Positions 1-15,670 are shown, counted from the stretch's first letter. The stretch: DNA of 64,000 nucleotides from Eledone cirrhosa (GCA_964016885.1 CAXHJY010000193.1:5893-69892); one strand, 5' to 3'. The notes: a model not told the origin generated them from the letters alone. A program made the numbers and translations.

Positions 1-6
1 TGTATG

Positions 7-75
<69 letters not shown>

Positions 76-120
76 TATGTATGTATGTATGTATGTATGT
101 ATGTATGTGTATGTATGTAT

Positions 121-1965
121 AAGCTGTGGAATCGCTTCTTGACTTCATGGATGATTTCTTCCTATCCCAACTGGTGCTCGAACCAACGAGGTGCCACAAA
201 AACGTCCTAGACTTAATTTTCAGCAATCCTGATATGGCCGATCTGGGCTGTATCGGCGATGTTACTCCCCATTACACCTTATCGGACATAACGTTTGGCG
301 CCCCTGATGTCTTGGCGGCAATAAAGGAAATCAAGCATAATTCAGCAGTAGGTCCCGATAGGTTCCCTGCTTGTGTCTTGAAGGCGTGTCAACACCAACT
401 TGCATCTCCTCTTGCCAATCTGTGGCGGAACTCACTGGATGCTGGATATGTGCCAGAAAACCTTCTATCCCAGTCTGTTGTCCCAGTTTTCAAAAAGGGA
501 AACAAATCCCTTGCCGTGAATTACCGTCCAATCTCACTCACCTCTCATATCATTAAGGTATTTGAGCGAGTGGTGAGATCGCGAATGACCCACTTCCTTG
601 AGAGTAACAATATGCTGAACTCCAACCAGCATGGATTCCGTAATGGAAGGGATTGCCTGATGCAGCTACTGCATCACTTTGATGACATTTTGAGAGCCTT
701 GGGAGAGGGTTCCAACACTGATGTTATCTACCTTGATTTCAGCAAGGCCTTTGACAGGGTTGATCATAACATTCTACTGAGAAAGCTGTCCAATATTGGT
801 GTCACTGGAAAGCTGCTGCAGTGGATCAAGAGCTTCCTGTCAAACAGAACCCAACATGTTGTAGTTGAGGGAGTCAAATCAAGCCCAGCCAAAGTCAGTA
901 GTGGGGTCCCACAAGGCACTGTGTTGGGCCCACTTCTCTTCATCATCTATATTAATGACATCACTGACATCATCAAACACAGCAACATTAAAATTTTCGC
1001 TGATGATTCCAAGCTCCAAAAGGTCATCAATGGCGTGGATGACCGGATAAGCCTTCAGTCAGACCTACTGGCTGTTACCCAATGGGCAGAAAAGAACAAC
1101 ATGTTACTGAACGAAGACAAATTCGAACTGATCCACTTTGGAAAAGAGGATGCTCTGAAACTCCCGTACTCCCTTCCCTCCGAGGAAACTCTCGTGGCAT
1201 CTAACATCAGAGACTTGGGAGTAACCGTGGACAGCAACATAAGCTGGACCACGCATATAAGCAGCAAAGTTGACATGGCCCGCAGAATGTGTTCCTGGAT
1301 CCTCAGAACCTTCCAGTCGAGAGATTCCCGCACCATTATCCTTCTCTTCTCTACTTTCGCCCGACCACACCTTGAATACTGTTGTCCACTGTGGTCTCCC
1401 CACACGAAACAAAGTATCATGAAACTTGAAGCTCCTCAAAGGGCAATCATGAAAAAGATAGATGGCATGTCAGACCTTGACTACTGGGGTCGATTAGAAA
1501 ACCTGAAACTTTACTCACTCCAACGTCGCCGTGAGCGTTATATTATCTGCATGATGTGGAAAATGTTCCATCATCACTGCCCAAATGATGTTGGCATCGC
1601 CTTCAAGATACACCCAAGGCTTTGGCCCCGTGCTATCCGTCCCATTCAAAAATCTAAATCGCAACTCATAACAACAATACGGCACAATTATTTCACCTCA
1701 ATCGGCCCTGCTCTCTTCAACATCACACCAGGACACGTCAAAACAGAAACTGACCACACAAAATTCAAGAAGTCTTTGGACAAATTCCTCCAAGTAATCC
1801 CGGACAAACCACCCACACCCGGATATGTCTTCGCAAACAGTAATTCTCTTCTCGAATGGGCCATGGTGCCCAAATCCTGAATTGAAAGACTTCGCCAGGT
1901 GGTGCTATTAAGTTAGACATGGCCTGGGCCAATACTGGCCAAAACATTTCAAAGTTATTCAAAGT

Positions 1966-1968
<3 letters not shown>
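121..1968 (+). mobile_element. 5'-truncated non-LTR retrotransposon (LINE family A, APE-RT type; CR1/Proto2-like, clade unresolved)
   Basis: RT ORF followed by a short 3' UTR and a TTCAAAG-like tandem tail. Both ends abut TA/TATG microsatellite. Confidence 0.93.
126..1880 (+). pseudogene. LINE ORF2 fragment: endonuclease C-terminus fused to a complete reverse transcriptase and C-terminal domain
   Basis: Motifs PTRxxNVLDL, NYRPISLTS, QHGFR, YLDFSKAFDRVDH, GVPQGTVLGPLLF, FADD, RDLGV, YSLQRRRERY. Lacks the EN N-terminus and the EN-RT linker. Confidence 0.9.
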
Positions 1969-6204
<4,236 letters not shown>

Positions 6205-6214
6205 AGAAAAGAAA

Positions 6215-6982
6215 TTGAGAAAAGAAATTGAGAAGGCGTATGTCCTCATAGCGCCTCATATGGCGATGCTAAGCCGTGTCCTCAGGGAGGAGAAAACCGA
6301 AGGGAGGGATGAGGAGAAGGAGAGGGAAAAGGAAGAGGAAAAAGAAAAGGAGGAGAGCACAAGCACGGACCTGAAAGAAAATGATATACCCTCCGCTACA
6401 AGCAGGGAGGGCAGGCCGGGCAACCAACAAGCTAAGGGCAAAGGTGAAAAGCGAAATCACCTTCCGAAGGAGAACCAAGCGCAGAGGGACCAGTGGACAA
6501 TTGTTCAAAGAAAGAACAGAAAGCACCGAGACACTGGGAGCAAAAAACCCCAAGTAATGTGCAAGTTTTTCAAGAACGGGACATGCTGGCATGGAGAGAC
6601 AGGGATGGGATGCAGATTCGCCCACCCTAGGTCTCAAACGAACTATGCCCATCATACTCGCGCAACATGCCCCAGCCAAAGCCGAAATAAGCCGCTCCAG
6701 AAGTATGCTGATGTCGCGCGTGCTGCACCAACAAGGAGAAGGCACGCACATGCCGACGAGATACAGATGGCAGCAGCAGATCAGAAAAATTTTTTAGTGA
6801 TGGCAGAGAAGATTGTGGGACAGCTGACCTGGCTGCATCGTCTCCAGAGCCAGGGTCATCCACACCAGCACTCGAGACCACCGCAGTTAAGGGACCCAGA
6901 GTGGCCGCCGCTGACACCAGACCAGGTGTCATACCGACAGCCATTACTGGCACCCCAAAAGTCACACCATTGCTGCTGCTGA
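6215..6982 (+). CDS. LINE ORF1 protein (partial) with charged tract and CCCH zinc finger
   Basis: [22 protein letters not shown] = C-x7-C-x8-C-x3-H. Lies upstream of and overlaps ORF2. First in-frame ATG at 6260. Confidence 0.75.
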   Translation: MRKEIEKAYVLIAPHMAMLSRVLREEKTEGRDEEKEREKEEEKEKEESTSTDLKENDIPSATSREGRPGNQQAKGKGEKRNHLPKENQAQRDQWTIVQRKNRKHRDTGSKKPQVMCKFFKNGTCWHGETGMGCRFAHPRSQTNYAHHTRATCPSQSRNKPLQKYADVARAAPTRRRHAHADEIQMAAADQKNFLVMAEKIVGQLTWLHRLQSQGHPHQHSRPPQLRDPEWPPLTPDQVSYRQPLLAPQKSHHCCC

Positions 6983-9942
6983 ATGTCAGGGGCCTGGTGA
7001 AACTCAGCAACATGAGTAAAATTTCCTACCTGGGAGACTTAGCCATAAGCAATCAAGCACTATGCATGGCACTAACCGAAACGCACCTGACAAGCAGTAT
7101 AGCAGATGCAGAAATACATATACCGAAATATACTGTATTTCGTTCGGACAGGAAGGAGAGAACTCATGGTGGGGTTGCTCTGTATATCCGTGAAGATGTC
7201 ACACCAATTGTACTGTTGACACATTCAAACTCAGTCTGTGACACACTGATAATACATATGAAGCAACTACAGACGGTAATATGTGTCACATATCGGCTGC
7301 CCGATGCCCCCAGTCATGAGGGTAAATTTGAGGATAGCCTAAGTAGGATAGAAGAGGTCCTTGACAAACTGGACCAGGGTCTCAACATCCTACTGCTGGG
7401 AGACTTCAACCTACCAAACGTCAAATGGCCTGAGGGCCACCTCCTCCCTGGAATGACGTCAATAGAACAGAGACAGACGGAATCCCTGCTGGCCCTCACA
7501 CACAGGCTGTTCATGGAGCAAGCAATACTCCTCCCAACAAGAGGCGAAAATGTCCTGGACCTCTGTTTTACAAACAACGAAGTGCTCATCCACAATGTAA
7601 AGGTGACACCAACAATTCTCTCGGATCATAACTTGGTAGAGCTAATGATATGTGGTCCAAGAGAACCAACAGAGACAAAACCACCAAGAAGCTCCGGGAC
7701 GCTATCCAGCCTTAACTTCTACGGGGCTGACTGGAAGAGGATTAAGAGTGAAATCCGGAAGCAAACATGGAGTGCAAACATCGCCACAAAAGACACTAAC
7801 ACACAATTTCAACACTTCATGACAACGATACACACCATATGCAAAAAGTGTGTCCCGGAGAAAGAGGCAAACAGACACAAAAATCTTATTCCCAGAGATA
7901 GGAAAATCCTTATGAGACGTAGAACTAAACTCTCAAACCAGTTGAATAGTCAACAAAACCAAAACAAGAAGGAATCCTATTTGAAACGTGCACTACTTGA
8001 CACCGAGATTGCACTCAAGCTTTCACATGAGAATGAGAGGGCAAGGAAAGAGAACAGGGCCATAGAAAACATTAAAACAAACCCTAAGGCCTTCTTTAAA
8101 TTTGCAAAAGAAACTGCCTCAGTACACTGCAAGATTGGACCACTCTTCCACACGGACGGTTCATTAACCGAAAATCCCCAAGAGATATGTGAAATACTGA
8201 ACGAACAGTACAAAAGTGTCTTCACATGTCCACTGAGGCACATGCAAATAACGAAGCCAGAGGAGTTCTTTGATGCCACAACACTACATCAAGAAATGGC
8301 AACCATCAACCACATAGACATAACGGAGGAGGATGTGGTGTACGCCATTGATGAAATTAGAACAGACTCGGCTGCTGGACCTGATGGATTCCCAGCAGTT
8401 CTCCTAAAAATATGTAAGCGGGCCTTAGCAACTCCACTGAAGATGCTCTTCAGAAGCTCCTTGGCTAGCGGTGTACTACCCAGGGAGCTGAAAGAAGGCA
8501 CAATATGCCCTATCCATAAAGGAGGTAGTAGAGCGGAGGCCAAGAACTATAGGCCAGTCTCCCTGACGTCGCATATCAGTAAGGTCATGGAGCGAGTCGT
8601 CAGAAAGAAACTAATCACTTTCCTCGAAGAAAATGACCGCCTGACTAGCACGCAACATGGCTTCCGCCCAGGAAGAAGCTGCCTTACACAGCTGCTACAT
8701 CACTACGACTGGGTACTGAGACAGCTACTAGACAGCTCACATGTAGACGTGATATATCTTGACTTTGCGAAGGCCTTTGACAAGGTCGACCACGGAATGA
8801 TATGTCACAAACTACACGGACTCGGCATAACTGGAAAAGTAGGTGAGTGGCTGCATGGCTTCCTGAGGGACAGAAGCCAGGCAGTCGCAGCAAATGGGGC
8901 CCTCTCGAGGGAAACACCGATAACAAGTGGGGTGCCTCAGGGGACAGTCCTGGGACCACTACTGTTTTTGGTGGCTCTCTCGGACATGCCCTCTGTGGTG
9001 CATGCAACAACATCCCTCACTAGCTATGCTGATGACACTAAGGTAGCACAGGCAATCAAAAACCCGGCTGACGCTGCCCTCTTACAGCAGGATCTGGATG
9101 CCATATACAGATGGGCGGAAGAAAACAACATGCAGTTTAATGCTGGCAAATTCCAAGCCCTACAATACAAACCTGCAAACACAAACACAAATATAGCGGA
9201 ACACAGCTACACAGGACCAGGAGGGACCGATATCCCCGTGTCAAAATCGATACGAGACCTGGGCATAGACATGAGCGATGATGCATCTTTTTCTTCACAC
9301 ATCATGAAGGTGGCGACAGCATGTAGACGATTCGCTGGCTGGATCTTGAGGACTTTCCTTACAAGAGATCGAGACACCATGTTGACACTGTGGAGGACTT
9401 TTGTCCTAAGCCGCCTGGACTACTGCTCCCAGCTGTGGTCACCCCATAGTGTCGGACTAACCACAGAGCTTGAGGCAATCCAGCGAAGCTACACCAAGAG
9501 GATTGCCGAGATGAGGGAGACAAGCTACTGGGAGAGGCTGAAGGAACTGAACCTCTACTCCTTGGAGCGAAGACGGGAGAGATACGCAGTGATCTACATG
9601 TGGAAAATCCTGGAGGGACTAGCACCAAACTTTGGCATTGGGAGCTGGACCAACCGTCGAACAGGACGTCACTGTGTGGTGCCAAAGGTCCCGTCTTCCA
9701 CATCTAGAATAAGGAGCAGGTATTGCAATAGCCTGGGATTCAAGGGCCCTCAACTCTTCAACAGGCTGCCGAGGCATCTGCGAGACTTGCATGACGTGGA
9801 GGTGGATGTCTTTAAGAAACATCTCGACACCTTGTTATCCAGGATCCCGGATGAGCCCACAGCAAGACACGAGGGAAACCTAAGGGCAGCAGCAACAAAC
9901 TCCCTCCTACACCAGTGGCCAACCTATACAGGCTGGAGATAA
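6901..9942 (+). CDS. LINE ORF2: AP-like endonuclease + reverse transcriptase (frame is open from 6712; first ATG at 7012)
   Basis: EN motifs LNVRGL, LTETHL, GGVALY, GDFN, PTR, LDL, SDH. RT motifs QHGFRPGRSC, YLDFAKAFDKVDH, GVPQGTVLGPLLF, YADD, RDLGI. No internal stops. Confidence 0.95.
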   Translation: MAAADTRPGVIPTAITGTPKVTPLLLLNVRGLVKLSNMSKISYLGDLAISNQALCMALTETHLTSSIADAEIHIPKYTVFRSDRKERTHGGVALYIREDVTPIVLLTHSNSVCDTLIIHMKQLQTVICVTYRLPDAPSHEGKFEDSLSRIEEVLDKLDQGLNILLLGDFNLPNVKWPEGHLLPGMTSIEQRQTESLLALTHRLFMEQAILLPTRGENVLDLCFTNNEVLIHNVKVTPTILSDHNLVELMICGPREPTETKPPRSSGTLSSLNFYGADWKRIKSEIRKQTWSANIATKDTNTQFQHFMTTIHTICKKCVPEKEANRHKNLIPRDRKILMRRRTKLSNQLNSQQNQNKKESYLKRALLDTEIALKLSHENERARKENRAIENIKTNPKAFFKFAKETASVHCKIGPLFHTDGSLTENPQEICEILNEQYKSVFTCPLRHMQITKPEEFFDATTLHQEMATINHIDITEEDVVYAIDEIRTDSAAGPDGFPAVLLKICKRALATPLKMLFRSSLASGVLPRELKEGTICPIHKGGSRAEAKNYRPVSLTSHISKVMERVVRKKLITFLEENDRLTSTQHGFRPGRSCLTQLLHHYDWVLRQLLDSSHVDVIYLDFAKAFDKVDHGMICHKLHGLGITGKVGEWLHGFLRDRSQAVAANGALSRETPITSGVPQGTVLGPLLFLVALSDMPSVVHATTSLTSYADDTKVAQAIKNPADAALLQQDLDAIYRWAEENNMQFNAGKFQALQYKPANTNTNIAEHSYTGPGGTDIPVSKSIRDLGIDMSDDASFSSHIMKVATACRRFAGWILRTFLTRDRDTMLTLWRTFVLSRLDYCSQLWSPHSVGLTTELEAIQRSYTKRIAEMRETSYWERLKELNLYSLERRRERYAVIYMWKILEGLAPNFGIGSWTNRRTGRHCVVPKVPSSTSRIRSRYCNSLGFKGPQLFNRLPRHLRDLHDVEVDVFKKHLDTLLSRIPDEPTARHEGNLRAAATNSLLHQWPTYTGWR

Positions 9943-10148
9943 AATGTGTAACAACAAGGGCGGTGCCCCAGCATGGCCTCAGCCGGATGGCTGAAACAGG
10001 TAAAAGAGTAAAAGAGTAAAAGAGTATATGTATATACATACATATATACATACATACATATATATATATATACATACATATATACATACATATATACATA
10101 CATACATACATATATACATACATACATATATATATATACATACATATA

Positions 10149-10950
10149 TCATCATCATCATCATCATCATCAGCGTTTAACGTCCGTGTTCCACGCTTGC
10201 ATGGGTTTGGACGGGGGTAGTCCCACTTGAGGCAAGAGTGATTGTCTTGCTCGCATAGGACTGTCTGGCAGGTTTTCTACAGTTGGATGCCCTTCCTAAC
10301 ACCAACCACATTTACAGTGTGGGTCTGGGAGGTTTTTACCGTGTTGCCTACACGGCCACATTACAGCGTGGACTGTGTGTTTTTTTGTCGTGACACCTAC
10401 ACGATCTCATTTGTTTCGGCCTCGATGGCGCGGCACCAACATAACTTTACATAGAACGGGGTGGTGTGGATCGGGTGGGGGTGGTGGGACGGGGTGTATT
10501 TGTTAGAGATGCCTACTGGCTGGAGTAGGTTTTACTATATATTTAGGTAAGGCGGGTCTTCTCTGTTACTGAGTACCGCCAAAGGTCTCGGTCCAGTGAC
10601 ATTGTCTTGGAGAGGTGTAAGTGTGTGATGTCGGAGTTTATCAGCTCGTCCCAGGTTTTTCTAGGTCTGCCTATTCCGTGACTACCGTCTATCTTTATTG
10701 CCCTGCACTTTGTTATACAGCTATCGACTTTCATGCGCATCACGTGTCCATACCAACGTAGCCTTCTCTCGAGTAAACAACATCTGATCCCTCTTATCTC
10801 TAATTTATTCCTTAGTTCGTTTATGCTTTGCCGTTCACGTATATTACTGTTACACATCCAGCGGAGCATGCAAGCTTCGTTCCTCTCTAGTCTGCGTATA
10901 TCCTCTGCGTATATCCTCTGCGTATATCCTCTGCACACAATGCCCAGGTC
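10149..10950 (-). mobile_element. RTE-clade LINE 3' fragment with 3' UTR and (GAT)n tail
   Basis: Minus-strand peptide [40 protein letters not shown], typical of RTE ORF2 C-termini. UTR contains GGAAGGGCATCCA and ends GGACGTTAAACGCT(GAT)n. Confidence 0.8.
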
Positions 10951-11657
10951 ATATACATACATATATATGTATGTATATATGTATGTGTATGTATATATGT
11001 ATGTGTATGTATATATATAGGTGTATGTATATATATAGGTGTATGTATATATATATAGGTGTATGTATATATATATAGGTGCATGTATATATATATATAT
11101 GTGTATGTATATATATATATAGGTGTATGTATATATATATATATAGGTGTATGTATATATATATATAGGTGTATGTATATATATATATAGGTGTATGTAT
11201 ATATATATATATAGGTGTATGTATATATATATATAGGTGTATGTATATATATATATATAGGTGTATGTATATATATATAGGTGTATGTATATATATATAT
11301 AGGTGTATGTATATATATATAGGTGTATGTATATATATATAGGTGTATGTATATATATATAGGTGTATGTATATATATAGGTGTATGTGTATATATGTGT
11401 ATGTATATATATATATGTGTATGTATATATATGTATGTATATATATATGTATATATGTATGTATGTATGTATATATATGTGTATGTATATATATATATGT
11501 ATATATACATATATGTTTATATATATATATGTGTATATATATATGTATATATATATATATATATATGTGTATATATATATGTATATATATATGTGTATAT
11601 ATATATGTGTATATATATATGTGTATATATATATGTGTATATGTATATGTGTATATA

Positions 11658-11708
<51 letters not shown>

Positions 11709-11720
11709 GTATATATATAT
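10951..11720. repeat. Compound TA microsatellite with (TA)nGGTGTATG higher-order unit
   Basis: Directly visible. Confidence 0.95.
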
Positions 11721-11721
11721 G

Positions 11722-12011
11722 TAACTTTGAACTTTGAACTTTGAAATGTTTTGGCCAGTATTGGCCCAGGCCATGTCTAACTTAATAGCACCACCTGGCG
11801 AAGTCTTTCAATTCAGGATTTGGGCACCATGGCCCATTCGAGAAGAGAATTACTGTTTGCGGAGACATATCCGGGTGTGGGTGGTTTGTCCGGGATTACT
11901 TGGAGGAATTTGTCCAAAGATTTCTTGAATTTTGTGTGGTCAGTTTCTGTTTTGACGTGTCCTGGGGTGATGTTGAAGAGAGCAGGGCCGATTGAGGTGA
12001 AATAATTGTGC
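11722..12011 (-). mobile_element. Short 3' copy of LINE family A
   Basis: Reverse complement matches 1682-1960 with about 3 substitutions seen by eye, plus a (TTCAAAG)x3 tail. Flanked by TA repeats. Confidence 0.95.
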
Positions 12012-12019
12012 AAAAGTAG

Positions 12020-12041
12020 TATGTATATATATATGTATGTA

Positions 12042-12074
<33 letters not shown>

Positions 12075-12509
12075 ATATATATGTGTATATATATATGTAT
12101 GTATATATATATGTGTATATATATATGTATATATATATGTATGTATATATATATATATGTATATATATATGTATGTATATATATATGTATGTATATATAT
12201 ATGTATGTATATATATATATATGTATATATATATGTATGTATATATATATATGTATGTATATATGTATGTATATATATATATATGTATATATATATGTAT
12301 GTATATATATATATGTATATATATATGTATGTATATATATATATATGTATATATATATGTATGTATATATATATATATGTATATATATATGTATGTATAT
12401 ATATATATATGTATATATATATGTATGTATATATATATGTATGTATATATATATATATGTATATATATATGTATGTATATATATATATATATGTATATAT
12501 ATATGTATG

Positions 12510-12540
<31 letters not shown>

Positions 12541-12593
12541 GTATGTATATATATATGTATGTATATATATATGTATGTATATATATATGTATG

Positions 12594-12625
<32 letters not shown>

Positions 12626-12703
12626 TGTATATATATATGTATGTATATATATATGTATATATATATGTATGTATATATATATATATGTATATATATATGT
12701 ATG

Positions 12704-12734
<31 letters not shown>

Positions 12735-12995
12735 GTATATATATATGTATGTATATATATATATATGTATATATATATGTATGTATATATATATGTATGT
12801 ATATATATATATATGTATATATATATGTATGTATATATATATGTATATATATATGTATGTATATATATATATATGTATATATATATGTATGTATATATAT
12901 ATGTATATATATATGTATATATATATGTATGTATATATATATATATGTATATATATATGTATGTATATATATATATATGTATATATATATGTATG

Positions 12996-13045
<50 letters not shown>

Positions 13046-13095
13046 TATATGTATGTATATATGTATGTATGTATATATGTATGTATATATGTATG

Positions 13096-13126
<31 letters not shown>

Positions 13127-13613
13127 ATATGTATGTATATATGTATGTATGTATATATGTATGTATATATGTATATATGTATATATATATGTATGTATAT
13201 ATGTATGTATATGTATGTATGTATATATGTATGTAGGTATGTATGTATGTATATATATGTATGTAGGTATGTATGTATGTATATATATGTATGTATGTAT
13301 ATATATATATGTATGTATATATATATATATATGTATGTATATATATATATGTATGTGTATATATATATGTATGTGTATATATGTATGTGTATATATATAT
13401 GTATGTGTATATATATATATGTATGTGTATATATATATATGTATGTGTATATATATATGTATGTGTATATATGTATGTGTATATATGTATGTGTATATAT
13501 ATGTATGTGTATATATATGTATGTATATATATATGTATGTATATATATATGTATGTATATATGTATATATATGTATGTATATATATATGTATGTATATAT
13601 GTATGTATATATG

Positions 13614-13644
<31 letters not shown>

Positions 13645-13695
13645 GTATATATATATGTATATATATATATGTATATATATATGTATATATATATG

Positions 13696-13728
<33 letters not shown>

Positions 13729-13879
13729 GTATATATATATGTATATATATATGTATGTGTATGTATATGTATGTATGTGTATGTATATGTATGTATGTAT
13801 ATATGTATGTATGTATGTATATGTATGTATGTATGTATGTATGTATATGTATGTATGTATGTATATATATGTATGTATG

Positions 13880-13932
<53 letters not shown>
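12020..13932. repeat. (TA)n/(TATG)n microsatellite
   Basis: Directly visible. Confidence 0.97.
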
Positions 13933-13935
<3 letters not shown>

Positions 13936-14129
13936 GAGGTTATATTTAATTTGTTGGGATACAAGCAAAATATTTTTATAACTGATATAAGCACTCAACA
14001 AATTATTGGAGTAAATATACAATATATTAACAAATGGAAACTATATTTATAAAACCATATTTATTTTATTATATAAAAGGAATCTAATATCCTTTTGCAT
14101 TCCATAAAGATTGTTAATGAAAAGCTTGC

Positions 14130-14169
<40 letters not shown>

Positions 14170-14395
14170 GAAGTTCTATTTAAATTGTTGGGATACACAA
14201 GCAAATATTTTTTTAACTGATATAAAGCACTCAACAAATAATTGGAGTAAAAATACGATATTAACAAATGGAAACTATATTTATATATTATATTTTATCT
14301 GATGAAAGCACACCATAATTTAACTTGGTGTCCTTGAAATATGTATAATGAAATAAATATGGTTTTATAAATATAGTTTCCATTTGTTAATATCG
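13933..14395. mobile_element. Penelope-like/retrozyme fragments (family P1): two minus-strand 3' pieces plus an inverted plus-strand piece carrying a hammerhead
   Basis: 13933-14068 and 14167-14285 are similar direct copies. CGATATTAACAAATGGAAACTATATTTATA (~14256-14285) is inverted at ~14366-14395. The same sequence recurs near 20430 and 28649. Confidence 0.6.
14291..14355 (+). ncRNA. Type I hammerhead ribozyme with minimal stem III
   Basis: Stem I TATTTTAT/ATGAAATA, CTGATGA at 14299-14305, stem II AAG-C-ACACCA/TGGTGT-C-CTT, GAAA at 14336-14339, then T-ATGT-A and UA. Predicted AUA cleavage after 14347. Confidence 0.75.
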
Positions 14396-14662
14396 TATAT
14401 ATGTATATATATATAGAGAGAGAGAGTGAGAGGTCACATGCTCTACATGTTTTGCTGCTATCACCATGGAAATAGTGAGCTGTTATTGTTTGTTTGTGTG
14501 TATGAACGTTTGTTTGAGGGTGGGTACATGTGTGCCTGTGTATGTGTGTGTCTGTCTTCTTGCCTGTCGGTCTGTCTGTCTGTCTATCTCCATTCCTAGA
14601 TCCAGGAAACGTTGTGGGTGGGGTAACTTAAGAACCTCACCCCCTCTCCCTCTATATATAAT

Positions 14663-14698
<36 letters not shown>

Positions 14699-14820
14699 AA
14701 TAGTGGAAAGAGTCGGGGCCCGACGGCTGAGCTTTTGCCAATTTGAATGCTGTTGAAACGGCAAAAGTTCCGCTATCTATCCCAAGTATCAAGTACTCTG
14801 TTGAATAATGACTAGTTTAA

Positions 14821-15026
14821 CCCTTTAGCATTTAAACCGGCTGTATCTGTCCAGAATTCTCTCTCTTCCTTCTGTTCAAACCAGCTGTAACTGGCCACTC
14901 ATACTGACGTTAAGGAATTGTTCTCGAAATATGATATCAAAATCTCATAGATTCAATATTATGTGAGATAAAGCTTTTACCACAAAAATGCAATAGTAAA
15001 TATAGAGTAATGTAAATGCTAAAGGG
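14821..15026. mobile_element. piggyBac-type MITE
   Basis: TIRs CCCTTTAGCATTTA / TAAATGCTAAAGGG with TTAA on both sides. Confidence 0.85.
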
Positions 15027-15050
15027 TTAATACTGGTTTAATTCTGATAT

Positions 15051-15670
15051 CATCATCATCATAATCTTCGCTTAACGTCTATCTTCCACGCTAGCATGGG
15101 TTAGACAGGAGTTGTCCCACTTGAGGCAAGGTTAGTCGGGTGACTGTGTCTTGCTCATATAGGACTATCTGGCAGGTTTTCTACGGCTGGATGCCCTTCC
15201 TAACACCAACCACATTTACAGTGTGGAACTGGGAACTTTTTACCGTGTTACCTACACGGCAACATTACAGCGTGGACTGTATGTTTTTGCTGTGACACCT
15301 ACACTATCTCGATCTCATTATCTCATTTATTTGGACTGGATGTTGTGGTACCAACTTTACAGAGGGAGAGTGGTGTTGGTGGGAGTGAGAGGATAGGGTA
15401 GGGGTAGTGGATTGGGGTGTATATTTGGTTAAGAGGTGTCTACTGACTGTAGGTTTCGCTTTGTACATAGGCAAGGCAGGTCTTCTGTATTACTGCGTAG
15501 CGCCAAAGATCTCGGTCCAGTGACATTGTCTTAGATAGGTGAAAGTGAGTAAGGTCGGAATTTATCAAATCGTCCCAGGTTTCTCTGGGTCTACCTACTC
15601 CATAACTACCATCAATTTTGATCGCCCTGCACTTTTTTATACAGCAGTCTTTCATGCGCATCACGTGGCC
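15051..15670 (-). mobile_element. Second copy of the RTE-clade 3' fragment
   Basis: Colinear and similar to 10149-10750; peptide GHVMRM..GRPRETW..DRDLWR. Confidence 0.8.

Larger units (their letters stand above)
6201..10026 (+). mobile_element. Near full-length two-ORF LINE (family B, APE-RT), probably 5'-truncated within ORF1
   Basis: ORF1 with zinc finger, uninterrupted EN-RT ORF2, 3' UTR hairpin and (TAAAAGAG)x3 tail at 10001-10024. Flanked by TA microsatellite on both sides. Confidence 0.95.

Noticed and set aside
6269-9822. Antisense and alternate-frame ORFs over LINE B (and over LINE A)
   Set aside because: Shadow ORFs of GC-balanced coding sequence with no recognisable motifs.
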